Notes: generated by a model from the letters alone, not told the origin. A DNA stretch of 64,000 nucleotides from Candidatus Fermentibacterota bacterium (GCA_963845085.1 CAWJQI010000001.1:224001-288000), one strand, 5' to 3'; counted from the first letter of the stretch, positions 1 through 9,720 are shown. Program-made: numbers and translations.

Positions 1-620
1 CATTCGCTGATTATCTCAGCCTCGCGCAGGTGTTCCATGGTTCCGATCCCGGTGACGCCCTTTTCAAAACAGAGTTCCTGCTTCTTCATCATGGCCCTTT
101 CGAGGGAAGCTGCTGAAACAGGGAACATCCTGCTGAAACCGAGTGATGCGCCTTCCGTGAGATGGCCCGTTTTCCTGTCAACATTCGGGGTTCCTGCGGG
201 TATGAGGCTGAGAAGGGCAGAATTTGCAAGCGACAGATGCCCGCACACCCGTGTGAGTACTGCGGGTCTGCAACCCGAGACCGAATCCAGTTCGCTTTTC
301 GACGGAAGCTCGGGCGAATCCCATGTGGATTCATCGAACCCCAGCCCGCGAATGAGAGGGTCATCGGAAGGCGGGGCGCTGCGCACCTTTTCGAGCAGCT
401 CCCCGGCGCTGCGAACGGTGGTGAGATCGAGCGAGAGAAGGGCCGACGCCTTCCAGGAGAAATGCATGTGCGCATCAACGAAGGATGGTATCAAAAGGCC
501 GTCCGCGCCTTCAGTGCATCTCTCGATGCCTGCCACCCGGCCGGCGTCGAACAGAAGCCTTGCTCCCCGAAGCACCGGTCCGGCTCCGGGCCAGAAACCG
601 GCGCAGTCGAGGCGCTTCAT
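1..620 (-). CDS. Amidohydrolase family 3 (YtcJ-like), N-terminal part; runs off the window start
   Basis: Manual translation from ATG 620: MKRLDCAG...LIPSFVDAHMHF...IRGLGFDES...LTRVCGHLSLANS...GHLTEGA...GVTGI. HxH metal motif and YtcJ-type motifs; ATGA overlap with the upstream stop. Not in the ORF track because it has no stop in the window. Confidence 0.8.
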   Translation of the reverse strand, partial: MKRLDCAGFWPGAGPVLRGARLLFDAGRVAGIERCTEGADGLLIPSFVDAHMHFSWKASALLSLDLTTVRSAGELLEKVRSAPPSDDPLIRGLGFDESTWDSPELPSKSELDSVSGCRPAVLTRVCGHLSLANSALLSLIPAGTPNVDRKTGHLTEGASLGFSRMFPVSAASLERAMMKKQELCFEKGVTGIGTMEHLREAEIISE

Positions 621-1477
621 CCCTCGACTTCCGAAAGGCACCTGATCATCAGGTCGAACATGTCGCCGTCGACTTCGAGGGTGAACCAGGTCTGGGCGCC
701 CTGTCGCTGCACCTCGCCGACAACCCTGCCCCTTATCTCGGTTTCGACAAGACCCCGCCTCGGAGTGCCTCCCTCTGCGATCTCACGGCTCCCCGTGCCC
801 GGAAGGAATATTTCCCTGGCCTCGATGTCGGTCGGGTCGTTCCCGTGTGAGAACCACCGGCGCAGGATGACGAAGCCGCCGACGGAGATGCTGGAATGGT
901 TGGGGTAGAATACGTCGACCTTCACGTTTTCGCGGTCGGGCAGCTTCTTGGAATCGAAAAGGAGAGCCCGGTTCCTGCCGTCCTTCTTGGCCTGGAGGAG
1001 GGCCATGTCCGCGCTGACGAGCAGTTCCCCGCCCGTCACCATCTCGGTCGAGGCCACACCGAGTGAGACGGCGACAAGAAGCGGTTCGAGGTCGGGAAGC
1101 ACGAGAGGGGTTGCATACACCTTTTCGCAAAGCCTTTCAGCGGTGGCCAACCCCTCGCTGGAGACGGTGTTGGGGAGCAGGACGGTGATCTCCTCGCCCC
1201 CGTACCTGTAGGCTTCTCCGCGGAACCTCACCGATCCCCTGATCAGGCCTGCGACATGGCGGAGCACCTTGTCGCCAATGTCATGACCCCACTTGTCGTT
1301 GAACAGCTTGAAATGATCGATGTCCACCATGATGACGGACAGGGGAATGCCCCTGGGGCCAAACCAGCGGAGCATTGCGGGAAGGTCGTAATCGAGGTCT
1401 TTCCGCTGCGGAAGCCCCGTCACGGCATCAAGTTCCCCCTGCCGGGGAAAAGTGATCGGATCCTGCTCATGCGCCAT
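617..1477 (-). CDS. GGDEF-domain diguanylate cyclase-like protein with an extra C-terminal domain
   Basis: DAVTGL, VDIDHFKLFNDKWGHDIGDKVL, RYGGEEI, ALLQAKKDGRNR; start chosen at ATG 1477 behind GGGAGGGG. Confidence 0.88.
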   Translation of the reverse strand: MAHEQDPITFPRQGELDAVTGLPQRKDLDYDLPAMLRWFGPRGIPLSVIMVDIDHFKLFNDKWGHDIGDKVLRHVAGLIRGSVRFRGEAYRYGGEEITVLLPNTVSSEGLATAERLCEKVYATPLVLPDLEPLLVAVSLGVASTEMVTGGELLVSADMALLQAKKDGRNRALLFDSKKLPDRENVKVDVFYPNHSSISVGGFVILRRWFSHGNDPTDIEAREIFLPGTGSREIAEGGTPRRGLVETEIRGRVVGEVQRQGAQTWFTLEVDGDMFDLMIRCLSEVEG

Positions 1478-1531
1478 GTCATGCCCCTCCCATTCCGGTA
1501 AAGATAATCTCCTTCTCCGGGGGAACAAGCA

Positions 1532-1560
1532 TTGACCTGAAGGCGCGATGCGCTTAGTTT
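1532..1560 (+). promoter_or_regulatory. Putative sigma-70 promoter of the lipoprotein operon
   Basis: TTGACC-N17-TAGTTT upstream of the first lipoprotein. Confidence 0.45.
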
Positions 1561-1596
1561 AACTTGTGTATTCGCAGCCATTCCTGGGGGGGGAGT

Positions 1597-2373
1597 TTGT
1601 TCAAGGTTCATTGTATCGTTCTGTTCGTGGCGCTGTTCGCATCCTGCCGCTGGAACGCAGGCCAGCAGGCGGTTTACGATGCCTTCGACGATATGTCGCT
1701 TGCACTTTCCGAGCGCCGGTACGACGACCTTTACAACGGCCTTTCCGCCTCGACGAAAGAGCTTCTCGACCTTGCGGCCGCTGCCTTCACTGAAACGGGC
1801 ATGCCCATCGAGGGGCGCGGCGATCTTCTTCTGGCCGAGATCGCTGCCGTTCACCCGCTGTTCGAACCCGACAGGAACGTTGCCGACATCTCGATCAACG
1901 GTGACCGGGCAATCCTCGTGCCCGCACAGGGCGATGACGGCACCGAGATCGTCTTCATCTTCGAGGAGGGCTGCTGGCGGATGGATCTCACGCCCGCCAT
2001 CACCTTCATCCTCACCGAGGCCCTTGCAGGCAGCGGAGCAACGCTCGAGCAGTTTCTTCACCCCGGGGCGGGTCCGCAGCCTTCCACGCCGTTTTCCGAG
2101 GGCGGCTGCCGGCTTGTCGTTACGAACACACTCCCCGACAGCGACGTCTACTACCTCTTCGTCTCCCCGTCCGTCAGCGAGGACTGGGGACCCGACGTTC
2201 TCGGAAACAACGTTCTTCTCCCCGAATCGAGCTGCACGCTCTACGTTTATCCCGACACATATGACATCATGGCGAAGGATGCTCTGGACAACACCTACAC
2301 CGAATGGGGTGTTTCCATCAGCGAGGGTGGGTACGGCTGGGACATAAACCGGTCCGACCTGGTTCAACAATGA
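1597..2373 (+). CDS. Lipoprotein: NTF2/DUF4878-like N-domain plus one copy of the repeated ~85-aa domain
   Basis: TTG start after GGGAG; lipobox LFASC; C-terminal VVTNTL...SEDWGPDVLG...TYDIMAKDALDNTYTEWGV...WDINRSDL. Confidence 0.75.
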   Translation: MFKVHCIVLFVALFASCRWNAGQQAVYDAFDDMSLALSERRYDDLYNGLSASTKELLDLAAAAFTETGMPIEGRGDLLLAEIAAVHPLFEPDRNVADISINGDRAILVPAQGDDGTEIVFIFEEGCWRMDLTPAITFILTEALAGSGATLEQFLHPGAGPQPSTPFSEGGCRLVVTNTLPDSDVYYLFVSPSVSEDWGPDVLGNNVLLPESSCTLYVYPDTYDIMAKDALDNTYTEWGVSISEGGYGWDINRSDLVQQ

Positions 2374-2387
2374 AAGAGGAGGTATCT

Positions 2388-3302
2388 GTGAACTGGAAAC
2401 TCTTGGCAGCAGCAGTGCTGGTTGTTTTCCTCGCCGCCGGGTGCGGCGCGAAGAAGATCGCCGTCACTGTCGAGAACTCACTGGGCGAGTGGGACATCAC
2501 CTCCCTCACGCTCAAGGGTCCCGATGGCACGGAAACTGTGCTTGAGCCCCTTGCAGCCGAAGGGAACGTGGTTCTTGAGCTTACAGCCGGCGCCTACACC
2601 CTGAACGCCACCGACTCCGAAGGCAACAAGTACACGAACGCCTTCACCGTTGCCGCCGAAGTCATGACCGTTGAGATCGGCTTCAACAACAGCCTCGGCT
2701 TCGAGGAGACCATTGCCGTAACCGACGGCGTCTACTGGACCGGCACGGGCGACGGCTGCATCAAGATCGTTAACAACCTCGGCGACTACTCCATCTACTG
2801 GGTGAACGTTGTCGAGACCGGCGGCGACCTCCTCTGGGACGCCGAAGAGTACTGCCAGAGCATCATCCTTTACGAGGGTGAAGAGCTCAACATCCTCATT
2901 GCCCCGGGCACCTACGACATCCAGATCGAAGACGTCGACGGCGACACCTACACCCGCTACGGTGTGGAAATCACCCGCGACCCCTACCTCTGGGAAGTCA
3001 CGCTTGACGACATCGACGTAACAAACGCCGCAGTCGAGGGCACCGCCCCCGTCACCATCACCAACGGCCTTGGTGACTGGAGCATCTGGTACATCTACTG
3101 CGACCTCTCCACCGACGCCTGGGGTGAGGACAAGCTGGGCTCCGAGATCCTTGCTCCCGGCGACTCCTTCACATTCAACGTGAACCCCGGCAACTACGAC
3201 CTCAAGTGCGAGGACGAGGACGGCGACACCTACACTCTCTGGGGCGTTGACATCCCCGACACCGGCTACACCTGGAACGTCACACTCACCGACATGGACT
3301 AG
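2388..3302 (+). CDS. Lipoprotein with three tandem copies of the repeated domain
   Basis: GAGGAGG RBS, GTG start, lipobox LAAGC; repeats begin VENSLGEWDI, IVNNLGDYSI, ITNGLGDWSI; copies 2 and 3 end DxDGDTYT...WxVTLxD. Confidence 0.85.
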   Translation: MNWKLLAAAVLVVFLAAGCGAKKIAVTVENSLGEWDITSLTLKGPDGTETVLEPLAAEGNVVLELTAGAYTLNATDSEGNKYTNAFTVAAEVMTVEIGFNNSLGFEETIAVTDGVYWTGTGDGCIKIVNNLGDYSIYWVNVVETGGDLLWDAEEYCQSIILYEGEELNILIAPGTYDIQIEDVDGDTYTRYGVEITRDPYLWEVTLDDIDVTNAAVEGTAPVTITNGLGDWSIWYIYCDLSTDAWGEDKLGSEILAPGDSFTFNVNPGNYDLKCEDEDGDTYTLWGVDIPDTGYTWNVTLTDMD

Positions 3303-3313
3303 TTTTGCCTTTC

Positions 3314-3337
3314 GGGGGGGCGCAAGCCCCCCCTTTT
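3314..3337 (+). terminator. Intrinsic terminator inside the lipoprotein operon
   Basis: GGGGGGGC-GCAA-GCCCCCCC hairpin followed by TTTT, 11 bp after the stop at 3302. Confidence 0.7.
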
Positions 3338-3358
3338 CCGTATTCAGGGGGAACCGGT

Positions 3359-3988
3359 GTGAGAAGAGCCACCGTCATTCTTTTCCTGCTTTCATCAGCC
3401 GCCTGCCGGGTCGCCACCGGTGTCACAGTGCCGCTCACGATCGTTAACGGCCTCGGGGGCTGGAGCATCCATTACGTTCATCTCGGCAGCCCGTCGGCCA
3501 AGGGGTGGGGGCAGGACCTGCTGGGCCCGAGCGAGATCATCCGTCCCGGTGCGGAACGGGTATTCAATGTTCCCCCCGGCACCTGGAACATCCGCGTGAT
3601 CGACAGCGACGGCGACACCTACACCATCAGCGATGCAGGAATAACTGAAACCGGCTTCAGATGGGAGGTGACGCTGGCAGCCATGGATCAGGACCCGCCG
3701 GATTCGGCGCCCGGAACCGGGGGCAACTGCCCCGTCACCATCCTGAACTCCCTCGGATCAAGGCTTTCTTCACTCTGGATCTCACCGGCGGGCAGCGGCG
3801 ACAGGGGAACGAACCTGATCGAAAACACCTGCGTAGAGCCCGGCAGCGAATTCATCGCATGGGTCGCGCCGGGCGGATACGACATGGTTGTGGTGGACGG
3901 AATGGGCCGGACGTTTGCAGTGTATAATGGCGGTGTTGCGGAGAGCGGTTTTTTCTGGGAAGTTACCGAAGACTACATGGAAAGGTGA
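3359..3988 (+). CDS. Lipoprotein with two copies of the repeated domain
   Basis: GTG start, lipobox SAAC; IVNGLGGWSIHYV...WGQDLLG...DSDGDTYT...WEVTL and ILNSLG...WEVTE. Confidence 0.8.
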   Translation: MRRATVILFLLSSAACRVATGVTVPLTIVNGLGGWSIHYVHLGSPSAKGWGQDLLGPSEIIRPGAERVFNVPPGTWNIRVIDSDGDTYTISDAGITETGFRWEVTLAAMDQDPPDSAPGTGGNCPVTILNSLGSRLSSLWISPAGSGDRGTNLIENTCVEPGSEFIAWVAPGGYDMVVVDGMGRTFAVYNGGVAESGFFWEVTEDYMER

Positions 3989-3992
3989 GGAT

Positions 3993-4313
3993 ATGAAAAG
4001 GATCATCATGTTCGCGGTGCTCGCCCTTACAGTCCTTGCGGGGTGCGGCGCCGGCAAGGTTCCCGTGGTCATCAACAACGACCTCGGCGCATGGGACATC
4101 AAGGAAGTCTACATCGATCCTTCAGACAAGCCCTGGAGCACGAGCCTCATCACCTCCACTGTCTCCCCGGGCAACGGCGTGACGCTCAATGTCGCTCCCG
4201 GAACCTACGACCTCCGCTGCGTTGACGAAGACGGCGACACCTATACGAAATGGGAAGTGGTCATCGGCGGCGAGGGGTACACATGGAGCGTGACCCTTTC
4301 CGACATGGACTAG
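3993..4313 (+). CDS. Small lipoprotein consisting of a single copy of the repeated domain
   Basis: ATG 3993, lipobox LAGC; INNDLGAWDIKEVY...PGTYDLRCVDEDGDTYTKWEV...WSVTLSDMD. Confidence 0.85.
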   Translation: MKRIIMFAVLALTVLAGCGAGKVPVVINNDLGAWDIKEVYIDPSDKPWSTSLITSTVSPGNGVTLNVAPGTYDLRCVDEDGDTYTKWEVVIGGEGYTWSVTLSDMD

Positions 4314-4317
4314 CGAA

Positions 4318-4939
4318 GTGAGGAAGCAAATCATTTTCGCAGCTGCGCTTGCGGCACTCGCAACAGGGTGCGGCACCCCAAAGGCCGCGATCGGCGTAGT
4401 GAACAGCCTTCCCGTCGAACTCATAATTTCAGTCCAGACAAGAACCCCCGGCTCCGACTGGAGCGACAACCAGCTTGACCGCACGCTCCGGCCCGGCGTT
4501 TCGGAATCGTTCACGGCCCCCCTCGGCGACATCGAGGTCATGGCCACCGACAACCTGGGAAGAACCTACATGTACTCGGCCACCCCGCTGACCTCCGAGG
4601 GAGTCATCTGGGAGATAACCCCCGAAGGAAGGGCCACGGCTGCGCAGGCCAACAGCTGGGCCGGCAACTGCCCGGTCACGGTCACCAACGATCTCGGAGC
4701 ATGGACGATAACGGGCTATCCTCTGCTCCCCCTCCGAAAGCAGTTCATGGGGGGAGAGCTGGATCACTGAGCCGGTCGCCGCGGGCGAATCCGTAACGTT
4801 CTCGGTGGCGCCCGGCACTTACGACATAAGGCTTACCGACAGCGACGGCGACCTCTACACGAAATGGGAGGTCAGCGTGACGGCCTCGGGCTTCAGCTGG
4901 AACGCCACGCTCGAGGACCTCGACGCTTCAGGGGGTTGA
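4318..4939 (+). CDS. Lipoprotein with two copies of the repeated domain; +1 indel near 4715
   Basis: Lipobox ATGC. Removing one base near 4715 continues the frame as ILCSPSESSSWGESW...PGTYDIRLTDSDGDLYTKWEV...WNATLEDLD to TGA 4937-4939. Confidence 0.78.
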
Positions 4940-5785
4940 GGGGGCTGACGGCGGGGGCGGTGCCCCCGAAAGCGGCAGGCTCACGGTCATGGCGGTGCCT
5001 TCCCCCTCCACGCTCGATGCGGAGATGGTGCCGCCGTGCACTTCCAGCATCTGTTGAACGAGCGAAAGACCAAGCCCCAGTCCCCCGTCGGGGTTCCTGC
5101 GGGCCTGTTTTCCCCTGTACAAAAGGCCGAATACGTGCGGAAGGTCTTCGGCGGGTATCCCAACGCCCGTGTCGGCCACGGTGATCACTGCCCTTCCGGA
5201 ATCAACGGCAAGTTTCAGCTCGACTTTTCCCCCCGGCCTGTTGTACTTGAATGCGTTCACGCAGAGGTTCTGAACCACCCTCCGCAGGTGGCTCTCGACC
5301 CCCGCCACAATGACGGGTCCGGAAGGGACGGAGAGGCTGAAACCTATGCCCCCGTCCACCATCATGGGGAAAAGAAGGTGGTGGACCCCTTCCAGAAGCA
5401 CCTGGAGGTTAACGTCGACAAAGCACAGGAACGGGTGGGACGCAAGGCTTCCCAGCTCGAGGATGTCGTTCACCAGCGGAACGAGTTCGTCCGCCCTTCG
5501 CCTTGCCCGTCCGACAAGCTCCAGTGCCCGGACCGGATCGGCTGCGTACCCCTCCTCCACGGTGCGAAGAAGCGATGAAAGCGCCGTGATCGGGCTTTTG
5601 AGCTCATGCCCCAGTATCCTGAGGACCTCGGCAGCGGTCGGTTCATCAGATGACAGCACGTCGTTCAAAAGCCCCTCGACCCGCTCCATCTCGTCCATCA
5701 CCGAGGCGTCGCACCTGCCGCACGCCATTGTCCTTTCAAGGATGGCCCGCGCATCTTCAAGGAGTTTCCAGGGATCAGCCTTCAT
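4928..5785 (-). CDS. Soluble histidine kinase (HisKA plus HATPase)
   Basis: H-box LGHELKSPI, N-box NLCVNAFKYN, G1 DTGVGIP, G2 GLGLGLS; no TM helix. Confidence 0.88.
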   Translation of the reverse strand: MKADPWKLLEDARAILERTMACGRCDASVMDEMERVEGLLNDVLSSDEPTAAEVLRILGHELKSPITALSSLLRTVEEGYAADPVRALELVGRARRRADELVPLVNDILELGSLASHPFLCFVDVNLQVLLEGVHHLLFPMMVDGGIGFSLSVPSGPVIVAGVESHLRRVVQNLCVNAFKYNRPGGKVELKLAVDSGRAVITVADTGVGIPAEDLPHVFGLLYRGKQARRNPDGGLGLGLSLVQQMLEVHGGTISASSVEGEGTAMTVSLPLSGAPPPPSAPSTP

Positions 5786-5852
5786 AATGAGCCTTTCATG
5801 CTGTGCAGTGCACGTGTATTATAGAGCAACCTGCTTTCGAAACGGAGCGACC

Positions 5853-6509
5853 GTGGGCATCACGAAACCATCATCCGAAGCAATGCGAGAGGCCACGGCG
5901 GGAGAACACCCCGGGATCACCCCTGTCATCCGTGACAGCATGGCCATCCCCTCCTTTCTCCACCCCAGCCCCCTTGTAAGAAAGCTCGTGTGGCGGCGCT
6001 ACGAGGTAATCTCACACATCTGCGCGTTCAGGCCGGGCGAGACCGTGCTGGAGTTCGGCTGCGGCCCCGGCTTCTTCCTGCCCGAGCTTTCAGCCCGGGG
6101 ATGCAGGATAATTGCGCTCGACCTCTACCCGCAGTACGCGAAGGACCTGTGCAGAATCCTCGGGATCGATGCTTCTTTCCCCGAAAAGCTTTCGGACCTG
6201 GGTGACGGTTCGGTGGACACCGTCGTCGCCGCGCAGGTCATGGAGCATATCGACGAACCGGAGGGCTACTACAGGGGGTTCCGCAGGGTCCTCGCCCCCG
6301 GCGGAAGGCTTGTGATGTCGCTCCCTACCGAGAACCTTTTGTACAGGGCGGGAAAAGCGGCGGCAGGATTCGGTCGGAAGGGCGGTTACCATGTCTCGAA
6401 CATCGGCCCTCTCGTCGAACTTGCGGGAAAATGCGGATTCAATGTGATCAAGGCTGTTTCGATACCCTTCAAGTTGTTTCCCCTGTACAGGGTGTTCGAG
6501 CTCCGCTGA
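5853..6509 (+). CDS. Class I SAM-dependent methyltransferase
   Basis: VLEFGCGPG motif I, VMEHI, RRVLAPGG; GTG start after GGAG. Confidence 0.85.
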   Translation: MGITKPSSEAMREATAGEHPGITPVIRDSMAIPSFLHPSPLVRKLVWRRYEVISHICAFRPGETVLEFGCGPGFFLPELSARGCRIIALDLYPQYAKDLCRILGIDASFPEKLSDLGDGSVDTVVAAQVMEHIDEPEGYYRGFRRVLAPGGRLVMSLPTENLLYRAGKAAAGFGRKGGYHVSNIGPLVELAGKCGFNVIKAVSIPFKLFPLYRVFELR

Positions 6510-6513
6510 ACGG

Positions 6514-7431
6514 ATGGTACTGCAGATGCTTCCTATTCTCCTGCTTTCCGCGCTGAATCCACTTGCACTCTTCCCCGACTCCGTTGATGTCGTGGTGCGG
6601 AACAGCATCGATGACGCCTCGATCCTGTCGGTCCACTGCATCGTGAACGGCTCCTCGACCCTGACGCGTCTATGGCAGGAGGCGCCGGTCCGGCCCGGCG
6701 AATGCGAAACCTTCCGCGTGCCATTCCGCTACCTTGGCAGGATTATTTTCGTCACCGACACGATGGGCAATTACAGAAAGGTCGCAGTTGCGCCCGCTCC
6801 TGCGGGCGACACCCTTACCGTCTCCCGCGAGGACAGGGAATTCGGCGGATTCTTCGACGTTGTCATGGGTTCGAGGCCACACGTCATAAGGAACACGTCA
6901 CCCGTTCCCCTCGCCGGGGTTTTCCTTCATGCCGACAGCGGAAGTGCTGTGAACCTCCTCGGCACAAACCCCCTCATGACCGACGAAACCATCTTTCTGT
7001 GGCTTGACCGAGACAGCATAGTGATATCGGCAGTCGACACCGAGGGCAATCCGTCCGACACGATGACCTTTGTCAGGAGCGACGCCGACAGCGTGAGGGT
7101 GATAGGCACGCTGTCCTTCATGGGGGGCGTCGAGCGGCCTGCCCCGGGGAACATCTGGGTGATAAACGGCATCAACGGCGGGCTCCTCAGCGGTATCGAG
7201 GTGTACCCGCTCGACGGCGAACCCTTCTTCATGGACCTCACCGACACACCGCTCGAACTCTGGCAGTCCGCCGTGATACCCTTCTCGGGAGAGATCGAAT
7301 ACCTGATCTGCACGGACACAGAGGGCAGAAGCTTTTCCATCAACGCAGCCGATGCCCCGACAGGCGCCTTCGTGGCGGACTGGTGGCACCTCGACTTCGA
7401 CTACAGCTTCCCCGAAAGGAGGCGCCGGTGA
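6514..7431 (+). CDS. Secreted protein with three divergent copies of the lipoprotein-array domain
   Basis: Signal-like N-terminus; VVVRNSI...DTMGN, VIRNTS...NLLGTNPL...VDTEGN, WVINGI...TDTEGRSF. Confidence 0.6.
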   Translation: MVLQMLPILLLSALNPLALFPDSVDVVVRNSIDDASILSVHCIVNGSSTLTRLWQEAPVRPGECETFRVPFRYLGRIIFVTDTMGNYRKVAVAPAPAGDTLTVSREDREFGGFFDVVMGSRPHVIRNTSPVPLAGVFLHADSGSAVNLLGTNPLMTDETIFLWLDRDSIVISAVDTEGNPSDTMTFVRSDADSVRVIGTLSFMGGVERPAPGNIWVINGINGGLLSGIEVYPLDGEPFFMDLTDTPLELWQSAVIPFSGEIEYLICTDTEGRSFSINAADAPTGAFVADWWHLDFDYSFPERRRR

Positions 7432-9293
7432 ACGACTGGATGGGCCCCGGGGCGTTCCTGCAAACGCTTGCCAGGGTGGCGGTAGTCTGGCTCGCCTTCT
7501 ACGGTGCGGGCAAACTCCTGAGAAAGCCTCTCAGGGTCGACGCCGCCTTTCCCCTTCTTCCCTCCGAACTGCTTGGCATGCTGGCCTTCGTTGTGCTCAC
7601 AGTTCCCCTCTCCGTCGCGGGAATAATGAACAGAACGCTTTGCCCGCTTCTCCTTGTCGTCCTCGCCATCCCGGGCGCCCTTTTCGCCTACGGCGAACTC
7701 CGGGACAGGTCTGTCCTCCGGAAGCCCGGGGTGCTCACCGTCGTGCTATCCCTCTTCCTCGCCTTCGTCATGCTCCTGAACTTCACGAACGCCTCGATGC
7801 CCAACCTCGCCTTCGACGACCCGCTCATCACATACGCCGTGCAGCCCGACCGATGGCTGAATGCAGGCAGGATATACTGGCTCGCGGAAACGGGCTTTTC
7901 CGGCTTTCCCCTTCTCTACGAGATGACGGCGGTCTGGCCGGCATCGCTCTCGGTCGACAGGATGAACCAGCTCAGCGTGCTGCAGGTGTTCCAGATGAGC
8001 CTTCTCATCGTGACCGTTTTCAGGGGGCTCTCACTTCTCCGGGTGAAGAAGGGGCTGTGGCTGCCGGTGGCGATCATCATCCTTCTCACCACAGCGATGT
8101 ACAACTGGTGTTCGATGGCGAAAACCGACACCATGGCGATAATGTTCTGCACCCTGGCGCTTGTCTCGGCGATACGCCAGAGGGACAAGGGGTTCGAGGG
8201 CTCCCCCCTGTCCTCATGGCTCTACATGGGTATGACACTCGCAACGAAACAGACCGCCATAGTTGCGCTGGTGCCCTTTCTGCTCTACTCCGCGGGAAGT
8301 TTTGCACGGTACGCCATGAAATGGAAGGCGCTCGCCCTTGCCGCCTTCATTGCCGTTCCAGGCGCCTACGCCGTGAGAACGATGCTGAGGACCGGAAGCC
8401 CCACCTACCCGGTCAACCCGGTCGCCTCGATGGTGCGCGAGGGGTGGGAACTGGTCGAACCGCCCGAGAACACAACGGTGAACACCAGGTCGTCGTACCT
8501 GTACGAACAGAAGGATTTCCCGCTGGCGAAGCACATCGGCATCTTCTTCGCGTACATGGAGGGAAACATCCTTCTTCTTCTCGCCGGGCTGGCGGCGGCC
8601 CTCCTTCACAGAAAATGGGGCGACGCCCTTCTGACCGTGCCGCTGTTCGTGTACGGCGCCTGCGCGATAGCTGTTTTCTGGCCGCCCTGGTGGGGCTCCA
8701 AGTACTCCATACTCGTCTACCCCTTCGCAGCCATCCTCGGAGCGAAACTGCTCTCGAACTCAAGGGCGGGGCTTATCACAGCATGCATCCTCGTGATACC
8801 GTCATTCGTCATTCCGGGCTTCGTGATAGTCGCCGGCGACGGAAAGCCCTTCGAGTACCGCACTGCAGTGGCCCGATCGGTCATCCAGGGCGAATGGGCG
8901 ACGGAATCAGGCTACAGGATGTGGATGTCAACACCCGAGGGGATGACGCACATGTGGGCGAACAGCGCCATTTCGCACGAGTCGGTCATTCTCTCACTGC
9001 ACGAGGAAAAAAGGTATTTCTTCGACGGCGCCGTCATTGTGGGGTGGCGCCATTCGGTCGGCCAGAGGCTGTACCTTGAGAACAGCCTTGAAGAAGAGCT
9101 CGCGATCCTCGATACACTGGGCGTTGACTACGTCGGCTTCTACCGCGACAACCCGGCCGTTCTCGACCAGGAACGGAAGCTCGCCATCCTCGATCACATC
9201 GGTACCGGGGAGATACTTGAGCCCGTGGTAATGATCAGCGGGGGGTACCTTCTCTGCAGGTACAACCCCCCGCATGATGCGGCCGGTGAGTGA
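7428..9293 (+). CDS. Polytopic membrane GT-C fold glycosyltransferase (ArnT/PMT-like)
   Basis: Many TM helices; acidic loop AFDDPLITY after the N-terminal TMs, AKTD, LATKQT, TGSPTYP; soluble C-terminal domain ending LDTLGVDYV. Confidence 0.65.
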   Translation: MNDWMGPGAFLQTLARVAVVWLAFYGAGKLLRKPLRVDAAFPLLPSELLGMLAFVVLTVPLSVAGIMNRTLCPLLLVVLAIPGALFAYGELRDRSVLRKPGVLTVVLSLFLAFVMLLNFTNASMPNLAFDDPLITYAVQPDRWLNAGRIYWLAETGFSGFPLLYEMTAVWPASLSVDRMNQLSVLQVFQMSLLIVTVFRGLSLLRVKKGLWLPVAIIILLTTAMYNWCSMAKTDTMAIMFCTLALVSAIRQRDKGFEGSPLSSWLYMGMTLATKQTAIVALVPFLLYSAGSFARYAMKWKALALAAFIAVPGAYAVRTMLRTGSPTYPVNPVASMVREGWELVEPPENTTVNTRSSYLYEQKDFPLAKHIGIFFAYMEGNILLLLAGLAAALLHRKWGDALLTVPLFVYGACAIAVFWPPWWGSKYSILVYPFAAILGAKLLSNSRAGLITACILVIPSFVIPGFVIVAGDGKPFEYRTAVARSVIQGEWATESGYRMWMSTPEGMTHMWANSAISHESVILSLHEEKRYFFDGAVIVGWRHSVGQRLYLENSLEEELAILDTLGVDYVGFYRDNPAVLDQERKLAILDHIGTGEILEPVVMISGGYLLCRYNPPHDAAGE

Positions 9294-9305
9294 CGGCTTT
9301 CCTGT

Positions 9306-9686
<381 letters not shown>

Positions 9687-9720
9687 AAGCCCTCCTTCCG
9701 TGCCCCTTTCACGGAATAAG

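Noticed and set aside
1597..4939. Recurring GACGGCGACACCTAC-like strings as a CRISPR or DNA repeat array
   Set aside because: They are codons of the DGDTY motif within protein repeats, irregularly spaced, with no cas genes.
5310..5852. N-terminal extension of the methyltransferase ORF
   Set aside because: Antisense to the histidine kinase; a better start with RBS lies at 5853.
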